DNA of 64,000 bases, taken from Candidatus Thalassarchaeaceae archaeon (GTDB lineage: Archaea > Thermoplasmatota > Poseidoniia > Poseidoniales > Thalassarchaeaceae). The notes beneath the pieces were generated by a model. The model ran no database searches. It worked only from the letters and a program-made list of their open reading frames with translations, and was not told where the DNA came from. Of this stretch, positions 1-9,302 are shown in pieces. The stretch covers positions 8,625-72,624 of the forward strand of contig JASMLH010000005.1 in the NCBI GenBank assembly GCA_030748775.1, given 5' to 3'. The first letter of the stretch is position 1. The number at the start of each line of letters is the position of its first letter. Both the position numbers and the translations under genes were made by a program.

Positions 1-574
1 GCCACTTCCATGGATGATCCCTCTTTCCACATACAAATCTGGCATATGCCCCAACCCAGACCTTCATCCAGAGGACGCCCATCAATCCGTGAGCCCGATT
101 CATCTTTGCCGGGTCAATAATCACGATTTTTGCTCCGGGCCTCAGGACCCTTAGGGACTCCTGGAGTCCCGCCCTCTTGTCGAACCAGTCCCTGAACGAG
201 AATAGTGAGCATATCGAGTCGAACGAGTTGTCTTCGAAGGGTAGGTTCTCAGCAGTTCCTTCCACAAAGGTTGCTGGAGCGTCGCCTCGACTTTCTCTTG
301 CCAGATTCACCCTGACCTCAGCGACTTCGATCATTTCGGGAATTGGGTCAAGGCACACCAATTCCCTGCCTTGCACATCTTCGGCAAAACTACCCGGCCC
401 GCATCCGATTTCCAATAATCTTCCCTGAGGTAGCATCGACCTAACGATTCGCCTCCACCTGCCGACTTGTCCGAGTGTAGCGAAACGATTGACGCGATCG
501 TAAACCGGGATGGTGGCGGTGAGGTTTTTCTGTAGCTCATCCCACTCTTCCTCCTCGATTTTCATAGTGTCCAT
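1..574 (-). CDS. SAM-dependent methyltransferase, UbiE/MenG/COQ5 family (C-terminus cut by window edge)
   Basis: Hand translation of the reverse strand; this frame runs off the window edge and is not listed as a full ORF in the track. It reads MDTMKIEEEEWDELQKNLTATIPVYDRVNRFATLGQVGRWRRIVRSMLPQGRLLEIGCGPGSF...LRPGAKIVIIDP. It has the YDxxN....WRR N-terminal signature of UbiE-type enzymes and SAM motif I LEIGCGPG. In-frame stop at 659-661; first ATG at 574. Confidence 0.75.
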   Translation of the reverse strand, partial: MDTMKIEEEEWDELQKNLTATIPVYDRVNRFATLGQVGRWRRIVRSMLPQGRLLEIGCGPGSFAEDVQGRELVCLDPIPEMIEVAEVRVNLARESRGDAPATFVEGTAENLPFEDNSFDSICSLFSFRDWFDKRAGLQESLRVLRPGAKIVIIDPAKMNRAHGLMGVLWMKVWVGAYARFVCGKRDHPWKW

Positions 575-709
575 GGACCCCTCCCGAAGCGACCCGTATT
601 TGGAAGATTCCCGCGTAGGATTCCATTGCGGTCTTTGGGTACAGTGGAACTCGCAAGGTTATCATCATAAACTCCTCATTGGTCGCCGAATGCACCGTAG
701 GTGCATAGA

Positions 710-1024
710 ATGGGTCGTGAAGAAGTGCTACGAGCAATTAGAGACGCAGAGAATGAGGCGAAGATTACCGTGGCCAAAGCGGAGTCCCAAGCTTCGGAGA
801 TAATTTCCAAGGCCCGACTTTCTGCAACAGAGATAATCCAAGCGGGCAGATCTGATTCGGAGGAATCATCGCAAAACATGATCACAGAGGCTAGGCAAGC
901 AGCCGAAGGAGAGGCAGAAAAGGTCTCCAAGGAAGGAGACTCGTCCATCGATTCAATCCAGCAAAGCAGTGAAGGCAAGAGGAAGGAAGCTGTGGATACA
1001 GTACTCAAAGCATTCCGTTCATAG
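710..1024 (+). CDS. atpH: A-type ATP synthase subunit H
   Basis: Small Ala/Glu/Lys-rich coiled-coil protein (EAKITVAKAESQASEIISKARLSATEIIQ) in first position of an atpHIKECFABD-ordered operon. The ATG at 710 is preferred over the GTG at 701. Confidence 0.7.
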   Translation: MGREEVLRAIRDAENEAKITVAKAESQASEIISKARLSATEIIQAGRSDSEESSQNMITEARQAAEGEAEKVSKEGDSSIDSIQQSSEGKRKEAVDTVLKAFRS

Positions 1025-1038
1025 ATCGGTGGTTGTCC

Positions 1039-3099
1039 ATGTCACAAGTTAACACTCAGCAAATGGGGAGGCTGGTTGCGGCAGGAAACAAGGACAGGCT
1101 GGACGAGGCAATAGAGATTCTCGCAAGGCTAGAGGCTTTGCACATCATAGACTACGACGGGGGGGAGGATGGGTTCTCCTTGGGGGCTCCGAATCCTAAA
1201 TCCGAATCGGTCGGAAGGGATCTGGTAAAGGCAAGGGCGGCTGCTTCGATAGTAGAAGCCTCGGGACCGGATAGCCCGGTACCTGAAGCGCCCGTTAGGG
1301 ATTCACTAGAGTCGGGTCTTCCTTCGAAGATTGAGGCCCTTCTCGCGGATAGTGCTCGAGTTGACGACCTAGAAAACGAGATTTCCACGCTTAGCGAAGA
1401 GGAGGTTTGCCTGTCATTGGTCTCCCCACTTGGGATAGACATCGAACTTTTGGGCGGATTCGAGTCACTCGTCTCCTTCATTGGCACAGTGGATGATCTG
1501 AATCAGGCGAGGGAGGCAGCAGCAGAGGGCTTGTTTTTCGAGGGCAAGAATGGGATTGTGGCAATATTCGTGAGAAGCGAGTCTGCCGGGACTGCTGCCG
1601 CTTCTTTGGATAAGGCTGGATTCGAGTCTGTACAGGTCCCAGAGGGAGAGGGGTCGGCTGACCAGCGGCTGACCGAGGTCAGGAAGGCAAAGGGTTCCCT
1701 CCAAGGTGAGAAGCTTGACTTGGATGCGCGAATAGAGGGGTGGAAGAATGCGAACGGCCAAGATCTGGTATGTGGGCTTGAGGTATTAGAGAGAGATCAT
1801 GACGTGCTCACTGCGCCGGTTCGGGTAGCTGTCTCAGAGCACGCCTTCTTAATCGACGGTTGGCTTGTTCTTGAGAGTTCAGAGGAAGTTCTGAAAGGAC
1901 TATCTGAAGTCTGCATCTACACAGAAATTACCCCCTTCGAAATAGAGGCTGGTGGAGGGGGGCACGGTCATTCGGACCACCATCACCAACAGGAAATGCC
2001 GCCAATTGCATTCCAAGAAAGGAGCTCTAGCAGACCCATGGAACTTCTAACTGATGCAGTTGGGAGGCCAGCCTATGGCAGAATCGATCCCACCATCTTC
2101 ATGTTCGTGACCTACCCCATTTTCTTCGGAATAATGCTTGGAGATATGGCCTATGGCCTAGTAACCATGGCTCTTGGCCTGTTGCTGGTTAGTCGTTCTG
2201 GGACCAATGAGATGTTGAGCCTAGGGGGCAAATTCCTGATGTATATTGGAATGGGAACTGTGGTTTTCGGATATCTCTATGCCGAATTCGCTGGATGGGA
2301 GATATTCCCCCATCATGCACACAACCCGGCGGAGGCCCTGCAGGTCCTATACCCGGCGATTCCCGACGGAGCGTACCATGTATGGCATGCTTCTCTGCCT
2401 CTTGGAATTGAGTTGGCCTTCCCATTCCACAGGGTAGTGATGGTAGACGACCATGGGAATCTTGAGCATTTGATTCTGCTCACCATTTATCTCGGTGTGA
2501 TCCACGTATTCCTCGGCTTAGCCATTGGTTTCAGGGACATTTTGCTATTTGGGAATGGCCACGGTGGTTTTGGACTAGTGTGCGCTTTCTTTGAGAAGGG
2601 GACATGGATGGTTCTGCTAATTGGCGGCTTCATGTTCGCTTACGGATTCATCGGACCTGACGAAGCAGAAGGAATGATGATACCAGGGGCAGGTATAGCA
2701 ATCACGGCAACGGTGATGCTAATGTGGACGCTGTACAGATATCATGGAGTGCCATTTCCGATCAATATTGGCCTAGCGCCTATTGAGGCTGTTGGGATGA
2801 TGCCTACTGTGATATCCTACGTGCGCCTTTTCGCGGTAGGGGTAGTAGGGGTAAAGATTGCAGAGACGGGGAACGAGATGCTATTCGCCAATATCAGCAT
2901 CGAAGACCCAATTATGGCTGCGATATTGGTAATTGGCTGGCTGGCCGTTCAGTTCTTTGCTTGGGGTCTGGGAGTATTCAGCCCCAACATTCACGCTGCT
3001 CGTCTTCACTTCGTAGAGTGGATGAGGCAGTACTACGACTCTAGCGGAGAGGCTTTCACACCTTTCGGCATGCGTTCACGATATGTGGAGGTTGATTGA
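1039..3099 (+). CDS. atpI: A-type ATP synthase subunit I (stator a-subunit)
   Basis: About 686 aa with a hydrophilic N-terminal half and a polytopic C-terminal half. The C-terminus contains SYVRLFAVG and ARLHFVEW, typical of V/A-type a-subunits. Operon position supports the call. Confidence 0.9.
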   Translation: MSQVNTQQMGRLVAAGNKDRLDEAIEILARLEALHIIDYDGGEDGFSLGAPNPKSESVGRDLVKARAAASIVEASGPDSPVPEAPVRDSLESGLPSKIEALLADSARVDDLENEISTLSEEEVCLSLVSPLGIDIELLGGFESLVSFIGTVDDLNQAREAAAEGLFFEGKNGIVAIFVRSESAGTAAASLDKAGFESVQVPEGEGSADQRLTEVRKAKGSLQGEKLDLDARIEGWKNANGQDLVCGLEVLERDHDVLTAPVRVAVSEHAFLIDGWLVLESSEEVLKGLSEVCIYTEITPFEIEAGGGGHGHSDHHHQQEMPPIAFQERSSSRPMELLTDAVGRPAYGRIDPTIFMFVTYPIFFGIMLGDMAYGLVTMALGLLLVSRSGTNEMLSLGGKFLMYIGMGTVVFGYLYAEFAGWEIFPHHAHNPAEALQVLYPAIPDGAYHVWHASLPLGIELAFPFHRVVMVDDHGNLEHLILLTIYLGVIHVFLGLAIGFRDILLFGNGHGGFGLVCAFFEKGTWMVLLIGGFMFAYGFIGPDEAEGMMIPGAGIAITATVMLMWTLYRYHGVPFPINIGLAPIEAVGMMPTVISYVRLFAVGVVGVKIAETGNEMLFANISIEDPIMAAILVIGWLAVQFFAWGLGVFSPNIHAARLHFVEWMRQYYDSSGEAFTPFGMRSRYVEVD

Positions 3100-3130
3100 T
3101 CAGATTCCAAGCCTAGGCTTGACAAAAAAT

Positions 3131-3466
3131 ATGGAGGAAAAAAGGATGAACAAGAGAAAAATGGTACAAGGACTGAGCACTCTGGCTGTTCTGTTCGCAA
3201 TCGCACTAGTGGCGACAAGCGTGCAGGCCCAGGATGATACGCACGAAGGCGATGCCACTGGCTACCACTTCGAGGCCGCAAAGCTGGGCGCTGGAATTGC
3301 GCTTGGACTGTGTGGTGTCGGAACTGGACTTAGCCAGGGGCCAATCGGGGCTGCTGCTGTCGGAATGATTGCAGAGGACTCGAGCAAGTTCGTAACCGGG
3401 CTGATTTTCACAGCTCTACCAGAGACCATCGTGCTGTTCGGATTCCTCGCACTGTTCCTGCTCTAG
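3131..3466 (+). CDS. atpK: A-type ATP synthase proteolipid subunit K (c-subunit) with N-terminal hydrophobic extension
   Basis: Gly/Ala-rich hairpin GAGIALGLCGVGTGLSQGPIGAAAVG followed by TALPETIVLFGFLALF carrying the ion-binding Glu. Start chosen after the atpI stop; an alternative ATG is at 3146. Confidence 0.85.
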   Translation: MEEKRMNKRKMVQGLSTLAVLFAIALVATSVQAQDDTHEGDATGYHFEAAKLGAGIALGLCGVGTGLSQGPIGAAAVGMIAEDSSKFVTGLIFTALPETIVLFGFLALFLL

Positions 3467-3505
3467 GCAGGCTGCGAGACCGACGACGGAATAGGAAGAG
3501 GTGAG

Positions 3506-4066
3506 ATGATGACACTGGATGCCCTAGCGGCCGAAATCGCCAGTCAGGCGGATGCGGAGGCTAGGTCAATAATTGAGGAAGCCAAAGCTGAAGCTGGAAG
3601 AATAGAGGATGAGGCACGAAATCAGGCCTCAGAAACTGCTTCCGCAGCAGAAGCTCGTGCTGCTAGAGAAAGCCAACAACTCTCTGTTGAAGTTGTGGCT
3701 TCTGCCAGGCAGGCTAACCAGAAGAGGGCCCTTATTGCCAAGAGGAGCGAGCTTGATATCACGTGGGAATCTGTGAAGGAAGAGGTTTCATCCCCCAAAC
3801 TAAAGGGGCGAAAAGATATCCTCGACGCCTTGCTTAAGGATGCAGGGGGTTCGAAAGATGAAATGATCCTCCGTCCCGTGAAAACGGATAGGGGCGCCCT
3901 TTCAAAGAGTGGCTTCAAGATAGGCGATGACATAGAGGGAATGGGCGGATTCGTGCTAGAATCAAAGGACGGTACGACTGTCCTTGACTACCGTTTCGAC
4001 TACCAATTGGAAGAAGCTTGGAAGGCAAGCCTAGGTGAAGTAAACAGGATACTATTCGGAGAATGA
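3506..4066 (+). CDS. atpE: A-type ATP synthase subunit E
   Basis: 186 aa with an N-terminal Ala/Glu-rich helix and a globular C-terminus. Operon position supports the call. GAGGTGAG Shine-Dalgarno at 3498-3505. Confidence 0.85.
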   Translation: MMTLDALAAEIASQADAEARSIIEEAKAEAGRIEDEARNQASETASAAEARAARESQQLSVEVVASARQANQKRALIAKRSELDITWESVKEEVSSPKLKGRKDILDALLKDAGGSKDEMILRPVKTDRGALSKSGFKIGDDIEGMGGFVLESKDGTTVLDYRFDYQLEEAWKASLGEVNRILFGE

Positions 4067-4075
4067 GAAGGTGAA

Positions 4076-5131
4076 ATGATGGCTAGAGTTGCTAATGGTC
4101 GTTCGAATATCTACAACGCCTCCGCACGTGCGAAAGCACGCAAGGCGGCACTAATCGATACGACAAGAATGCGGCAACTCATCCAACAGGGACCCGATTC
4201 TATCGGAGTCAGTATCGGTGAACTCGGGTATAGAAGCGAGATGGACCTCTATGCATCGAGGATGGATGGCGCAGATGCAATAGAAGCAGCCCTATTCCAC
4301 AATCTGGATAATGACCTGGCACAAGTAATGGGATTCTGCCAAGGTCACCTAAAATCGTTGGTGGCCATATACGTTGAGAGGTTTGACTACGAAAAGGCCA
4401 AAACCGTTCTTCGGGCAATAAACGGAGGAGCATCGGATGAAATAATAGAGAGCCAGATCCTCCCCTCGGAGAATCCAAGGAACTCGGCCTGGCTGAACAT
4501 TGTTAGGTCCACAGAAGGGCTACAGGAGGCGGTTGACGCCATGTCTGGTACTTCTTGGGGGAGAACTCTTGCCAATCTAGAGGGCGATCCCGGGCTTGAG
4601 GAAATGGAAAATGCACTTGACATGCAATACTTCTCTGACGCCTTGAAAGCAGTCAGGGGACGAGATGGCGGCCCGAGGCTGCTTCGCTACCTAAGAATGG
4701 AAATAGATCACCGGAATATTATCAACGAGTTCAGAGCAATCAGAATGGAGATGGATTTCGAAAAGAGAGTATCAATGATTATCCCTGGTGGGAAGATTGA
4801 CGCGGGAACAATGCGGCAAGCAGCACAAGCTGAGAGCGATGAGGAGCTGATCGAGGCACTTCGCAGAAGTGGGTCTTTCGACGACACTGGATTCGATGAG
4901 GCCATGTCTGAGTCTAAGAAGATGGGGAGTTTGGACCCATACGCGGAATTGCTCTCTCACCAGAGGCATGCTATCCTCAAGAGGTTCGCTTACCTCAGTC
5001 CAGTTTCCCCTTTCCCCATAATTTACTACATCGAGCGAAAGTCGCTCGAAGTTCGAAACCTCCGCCTGCTAGTGCGCGGCAAGGCGGTTGGCCTCCCAGA
5101 CGAGGTATTAGAAGCGCACATGGATTACTGA
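4076..5131 (+). CDS. atpC: A-type ATP synthase subunit C (V-type d homolog)
   Basis: 351 aa helical protein between atpE and atpF. The C-terminus EVRNLRLLVRGK is typical of the C/d family. Confidence 0.85.
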   Translation: MMARVANGRSNIYNASARAKARKAALIDTTRMRQLIQQGPDSIGVSIGELGYRSEMDLYASRMDGADAIEAALFHNLDNDLAQVMGFCQGHLKSLVAIYVERFDYEKAKTVLRAINGGASDEIIESQILPSENPRNSAWLNIVRSTEGLQEAVDAMSGTSWGRTLANLEGDPGLEEMENALDMQYFSDALKAVRGRDGGPRLLRYLRMEIDHRNIINEFRAIRMEMDFEKRVSMIIPGGKIDAGTMRQAAQAESDEELIEALRRSGSFDDTGFDEAMSESKKMGSLDPYAELLSHQRHAILKRFAYLSPVSPFPIIYYIERKSLEVRNLRLLVRGKAVGLPDEVLEAHMDY

Positions 5132-5140
5132 GGTGAGATA

Positions 5141-5440
5141 GTGGAAATAGCAGTTGTTGGACCGCTGGAATTCACACTTGGTTTCCAGCTAGCAGGGGTT
5201 GAGAATCTATTCAACCCCTCTGATGACGAGGAGATGGCGGATACGCTTCGCTCCTTACTTAATCAGAATGAGGTCGGAGTTGTCGTTGTAGACAACATCG
5301 ACCTAATGAGGCTTCCAGAGAGGCTTAGACAGCAACTCTCGGATAGCGTCACGCCCACAGTACTGGGCATAGGGACTCAGGAGGACAATACCCTCAGAGA
5401 GTCAATCAAGTCGGCACTAGGTGTCGATCTATGGAAGTAG
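5141..5440 (+). CDS. atpF: A-type ATP synthase subunit F
   Basis: 99 aa, (M)EIAVVGPLEFTLGFQLAGV. GTG start preceded by GAGGTGAG at 5130-5137. Operon position supports the call. Confidence 0.85.
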   Translation: MEIAVVGPLEFTLGFQLAGVENLFNPSDDEEMADTLRSLLNQNEVGVVVVDNIDLMRLPERLRQQLSDSVTPTVLGIGTQEDNTLRESIKSALGVDLWK

Positions 5441-5467
5441 AGTCAAAAGAGACAAGGAAGTGAAAAA

Positions 5468-7210
5468 ATGAGTAAAGAAAATGGAGTAATCTACCGGATT
5501 TCCGGGCCAGTTGTAACAGCGATAGGTATCTCGCCTCGAATGTACGAAGTCGTACGAGTTGGGGACGAGGGGCTAATGGGGGAGGTAATCGAGCTTCACG
5601 GAGATCAGTCAGTAATTCAGGTCTATGAGGAGACCTCGGGAATAAAGCCAGGCGAACCAGTAGTGAGAACAGGTCAGACTCTGTCAGTGCAACTTGGACC
5701 AGGCCTTCTAACTCAGATCTACGATGGGATACAGAGGCCACTGCCAAAACTAGAGGAGACGATGGGAGTTTTCATCACGAGAGGTGTTGACGCAGACGGA
5801 CTGGACCTGGAGAAGGAGTGGGAATTCAAACCAAGCGTGAATGCTGGTGACGAAGTAGTCCCGGGACAGGTAATTGGAATTGTCCAAGAAACCGAGACCA
5901 TCGAGCACAGAGTGATGGTCCCGCCAAAATCAGGGGGTGTTGTGAAGAGCATCGAATCTGGGTCATTCAACATAACTCAAGCGATCTGCACCCTTGATGA
6001 CGGGACAGAAGTGGCGATGATGCAGGAGTGGCCAGTCCGACACCCGCGGCCATTCGTACAGAAGTATGCACCAGACGTCCCCCTTATGACAGGGCAGAGG
6101 ATCCTAGACTTCCTATTCCCACTCGCAAAGGGAGGTACGGCAGGAATCCCTGGTCCATTCGGTTCCGGCAAGACGGTCACGCAGCAGCAACTAGCGAAGT
6201 GGTCCGATGCAGAGATTGTCGTATACATCGGATGCGGAGAGAGGGGTAACGAGATGACGGAGGTCCTAGACGAGTTCCCACACTTGATTGATCCTAACAC
6301 GAACAAGCCCCTGATGAATAGGACTGTGATGATTGCAAATACTTCCAACATGCCTGTCGCAGCTCGGGAGGCTTCCGTGTACACTGGAGTCACTATCGCG
6401 GAGTACTTCAGAGACATGGGCTACAATGTAGCCCTTATGGCAGACTCAACAAGCAGATGGGCAGAGGCGATGAGGGAGATTTCATCGAGGCTAGAGGAAA
6501 TGCCAGGAGAGGAGGGTTATCCGGCCTACCTTTCCAGCAGACTTGCAGAATTCTACGAAAGGGCGGGCAGGGTGAAGACACTGTCAGGGGATGATGGATC
6601 CGTTTCAGTTATCGGAGCCGTCTCCCCTCCCGGAGGGGACATCTCAGAGCCAGTGAGCCAAGGCACTTTGCGTATCGTCAAAGTTTTCTGGGGACTTGAT
6701 GCTGGCTTAGCCAGGCAAAGACACTTCCCCGCAATAAACTGGCTAAGCTCATACAGCCTTTACCCTCAGTCTCTGGACCAATGGTATAGAGACAACATTT
6801 CATCGGACTTCCCCGAAGTCAGAACCGAGATAAGCACCCTATTGCAAGTAGAGGCAGAGCTTCAGGAAATCGTCCAGTTGGTCGGCTCAGATGCACTACC
6901 GATAGACCAGCAGCTGACGTTGGAGGTTGCTAGGATGATTAGGGAATTCTTCCTTCAGCAGAATGCATTCCATGATGTGGACACATACAGCGATCTGAAG
7001 TTGCAATACGATATGGCTAAGGCGATTCTGGCATTCCAGGAAGAGGCGAAGAAGGCAATAGCGGGTGGAGCCCAACTAGAAGACGTTGTGAACGTCCCTG
7101 CTAGGACTGACCTCATGAGAGGAAGGTTCGAGAAGGGCTACGATGAAAGGATTGGCGAACTTGTTTCGGATATGGGTAAGCAAATTTCGGCAAGCATGGA
7201 GGCCAATTGA
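5468..7210 (+). CDS. atpA: A-type ATP synthase catalytic subunit A
   Basis: 580 aa with Walker A GPFGSGKT, plus [32 protein letters not shown] and [15 protein letters not shown]. No intein. Confidence 0.97.
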   Translation: MSKENGVIYRISGPVVTAIGISPRMYEVVRVGDEGLMGEVIELHGDQSVIQVYEETSGIKPGEPVVRTGQTLSVQLGPGLLTQIYDGIQRPLPKLEETMGVFITRGVDADGLDLEKEWEFKPSVNAGDEVVPGQVIGIVQETETIEHRVMVPPKSGGVVKSIESGSFNITQAICTLDDGTEVAMMQEWPVRHPRPFVQKYAPDVPLMTGQRILDFLFPLAKGGTAGIPGPFGSGKTVTQQQLAKWSDAEIVVYIGCGERGNEMTEVLDEFPHLIDPNTNKPLMNRTVMIANTSNMPVAAREASVYTGVTIAEYFRDMGYNVALMADSTSRWAEAMREISSRLEEMPGEEGYPAYLSSRLAEFYERAGRVKTLSGDDGSVSVIGAVSPPGGDISEPVSQGTLRIVKVFWGLDAGLARQRHFPAINWLSSYSLYPQSLDQWYRDNISSDFPEVRTEISTLLQVEAELQEIVQLVGSDALPIDQQLTLEVARMIREFFLQQNAFHDVDTYSDLKLQYDMAKAILAFQEEAKKAIAGGAQLEDVVNVPARTDLMRGRFEKGYDERIGELVSDMGKQISASMEAN

Positions 7211-7219
7211 GGTGATACA

Positions 7220-8605
7220 ATGAGTGGAAAAGAGTACAGAACAATTACTGATGTCAAGGGACCTTTGGTGTTCCTAAACAAAACTGAGCCAGTATCCTAT
7301 GGAGAAATTGTGCAACTTAGGTTGAGCGATGGTTCAATGAAGAACGGGCAGGTTCTCGACACCTCTGACGATCAGGTTATCGTCCAAGTATTCGAGGGAA
7401 CCGCTTCAGTCGACAGGCAGACCGGAGTGAAGTTCCTAGGAGACGTATTCAAGCTCCCAGTTAGCAAGGGACTCATCGGCAGAATTCTAGATGGCGCGGG
7501 TAGGCCTAGGGATGGAGGGCCCGAGATAGTCGCTGACGAGATGGCTGACATCATAGGTGCAGCCATCAATCCGTATTCGCGACAGAGCCCTGAGGCCTTC
7601 ATCCAGACTGGAATCTCAGCAATAGACGCCTGTACCTCCCTAGTAAGGGGGCAGAAGCTACCTATTTTCAGTGCCAGCGGGCTTCCCCACAATGACATCG
7701 CTCTGCAGATTGCAAGACAGGCAAAGCTCGTAGGCAGTGACGACGATTTCGTCGTTGTATTCTGCGCGATGGGGATAACAGCAGAGGAGTACAACTTCTT
7801 CGTTCACGATCTGGAGCGAACAGGTGCTCTAGAAAACGCCGTTCTTTTCGTCAATCTAGCAGACGATCCAGCAGTTGAGAGGCTAATCACACCTAGGCTA
7901 GCCCTAACTGCAGCTGAGTATCTGGCGTTCGAGCATGATTACCACGTTCTTGTTATCTATACTGACATGACAAACTACTGCGAGTCGTTGAGGCAGATTG
8001 GGGCAGCCAGAGAAGAGGTTCCAGGAAGGCGTGGATACCCGGGATACATGTACACTGACCTTGCGATGCTTTACGAAAGGGCGGGACTGGTCAAGGGGAA
8101 GAAAGGTTCAATCACGCAATTCCCAATCCTGACGATGCCAGGTGATGACATCACGCATCCGATTCCGGATCTCTCCGGTTACATCACAGAAGGCCAAATT
8201 GTTATCTCGAGAGAGCTTCACCAAAAGGGAATATACCCTCCAATAAACGTACTACCATCCCTATCCAGGCTGATGAACGCAGGAATTGGGCCGGACAAGA
8301 CAAGGGAAGACCACAAGTCCGTTTCTGACCAATTATACGCAGCTTATGCCCAAGGAAGGGAATTGAGGGGGCTGGTTGCAATCGTTGGAGAGGACGCACT
8401 CAACGAAAGAGACCTGCAACTCCTGAAATTCTCAGACATCTTCGAGGATCAATTCCTCAGGCAAAGCAGGGATGAGGACAGGTCGATCAAGGAAGGGACC
8501 CTCGATCTGGCATGGAGCCTCCTGTCCAACATAGACACAAAATTCCTCGTTAGGCTGGACCAGAAATGGATCGACAAGTATCACCCAACTGAGAAGAAGA
8601 GCTAA
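7220..8605 (+). CDS. atpB: A-type ATP synthase subunit B
   Basis: 461 aa with [54 protein letters not shown] and [16 protein letters not shown]. Confidence 0.97.
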   Translation: MSGKEYRTITDVKGPLVFLNKTEPVSYGEIVQLRLSDGSMKNGQVLDTSDDQVIVQVFEGTASVDRQTGVKFLGDVFKLPVSKGLIGRILDGAGRPRDGGPEIVADEMADIIGAAINPYSRQSPEAFIQTGISAIDACTSLVRGQKLPIFSASGLPHNDIALQIARQAKLVGSDDDFVVVFCAMGITAEEYNFFVHDLERTGALENAVLFVNLADDPAVERLITPRLALTAAEYLAFEHDYHVLVIYTDMTNYCESLRQIGAAREEVPGRRGYPGYMYTDLAMLYERAGLVKGKKGSITQFPILTMPGDDITHPIPDLSGYITEGQIVISRELHQKGIYPPINVLPSLSRLMNAGIGPDKTREDHKSVSDQLYAAYAQGRELRGLVAIVGEDALNERDLQLLKFSDIFEDQFLRQSRDEDRSIKEGTLDLAWSLLSNIDTKFLVRLDQKWIDKYHPTEKKS

Positions 8606-8628
8606 TTGAGGGGATTGGAGAGGATTGA

Positions 8629-9246
8629 ATGGCGCTCGACATCAAACCAACTAGGTCTGAGTTGATCAACCTAAAGAGGCGGATCAAGCAGACCTCGAGT
8701 GGTTACAACCTCCTCAAAATGAAAAGGGATGGTCTTTTTCACGAGTTCAGAACCCTTCTTTCAGAGATGATTGAGGCACGTGAAGAGCTCGTTGTGACCT
8801 ATAGAGAAGCACTCCAGGCAATCAACCTTGCATCCTCGATAGAAGGCGGACTGGCGGTGAAGAGTGCTGCTATTGCATCATCTAAGCACCCCGAGGTCAC
8901 TGTTTCTAAGAGGAACATCATGGGAGTTGTGGTGCCACAGGTCGATGGTCAGAATCTGAAGTTATCAGCAGAGGACAGGGGGCTGGGGATTGTAGGTGGT
9001 TCCCCCTACATCGACGAAGCGGCGGACTCGTATTCTCTGCTAGTTGAGAAAGTAGTCAAGGCAGCAGAGATGGAGGCCACACTGAAGAGGCTGCTAGAAG
9101 AGATTGAAGCAACAAAGAGAAGGGTCAATGCACTAGAATTCAAGGTTATTCCCGAGATGAAAGAGGCGCAGACTTTCATCCAGCTGAGGCTTGAAGAAAT
9201 GGAGAGGGAAGAGACCTTCCGTCTGAAGAGATTCAAGAATAAGTGA
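8629..9246 (+). CDS. atpD: A-type ATP synthase central stalk subunit D
   Basis: 205 aa with PTRSELINLKRRIK at the N-terminus and a long coiled coil. Last gene of the operon order. Confidence 0.93.
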   Translation: MALDIKPTRSELINLKRRIKQTSSGYNLLKMKRDGLFHEFRTLLSEMIEAREELVVTYREALQAINLASSIEGGLAVKSAAIASSKHPEVTVSKRNIMGVVVPQVDGQNLKLSAEDRGLGIVGGSPYIDEAADSYSLLVEKVVKAAEMEATLKRLLEEIEATKRRVNALEFKVIPEMKEAQTFIQLRLEEMEREETFRLKRFKNK

Positions 9247-9302
9247 TCAATTACGGCTTGCCATTCCGAGCGAGGGGTCAAATCAGACATCCGGCAGGGT
9301 GA

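Noticed and set aside
1951-1992. GGGGHGHSDHHHQQ His-rich tract in AtpI as a possible metal-binding site
   Set aside because: It lies in the linker between the soluble and membrane halves of the a-subunit. It is probably a low-complexity spacer, and nothing in the sequence alone supports a function.
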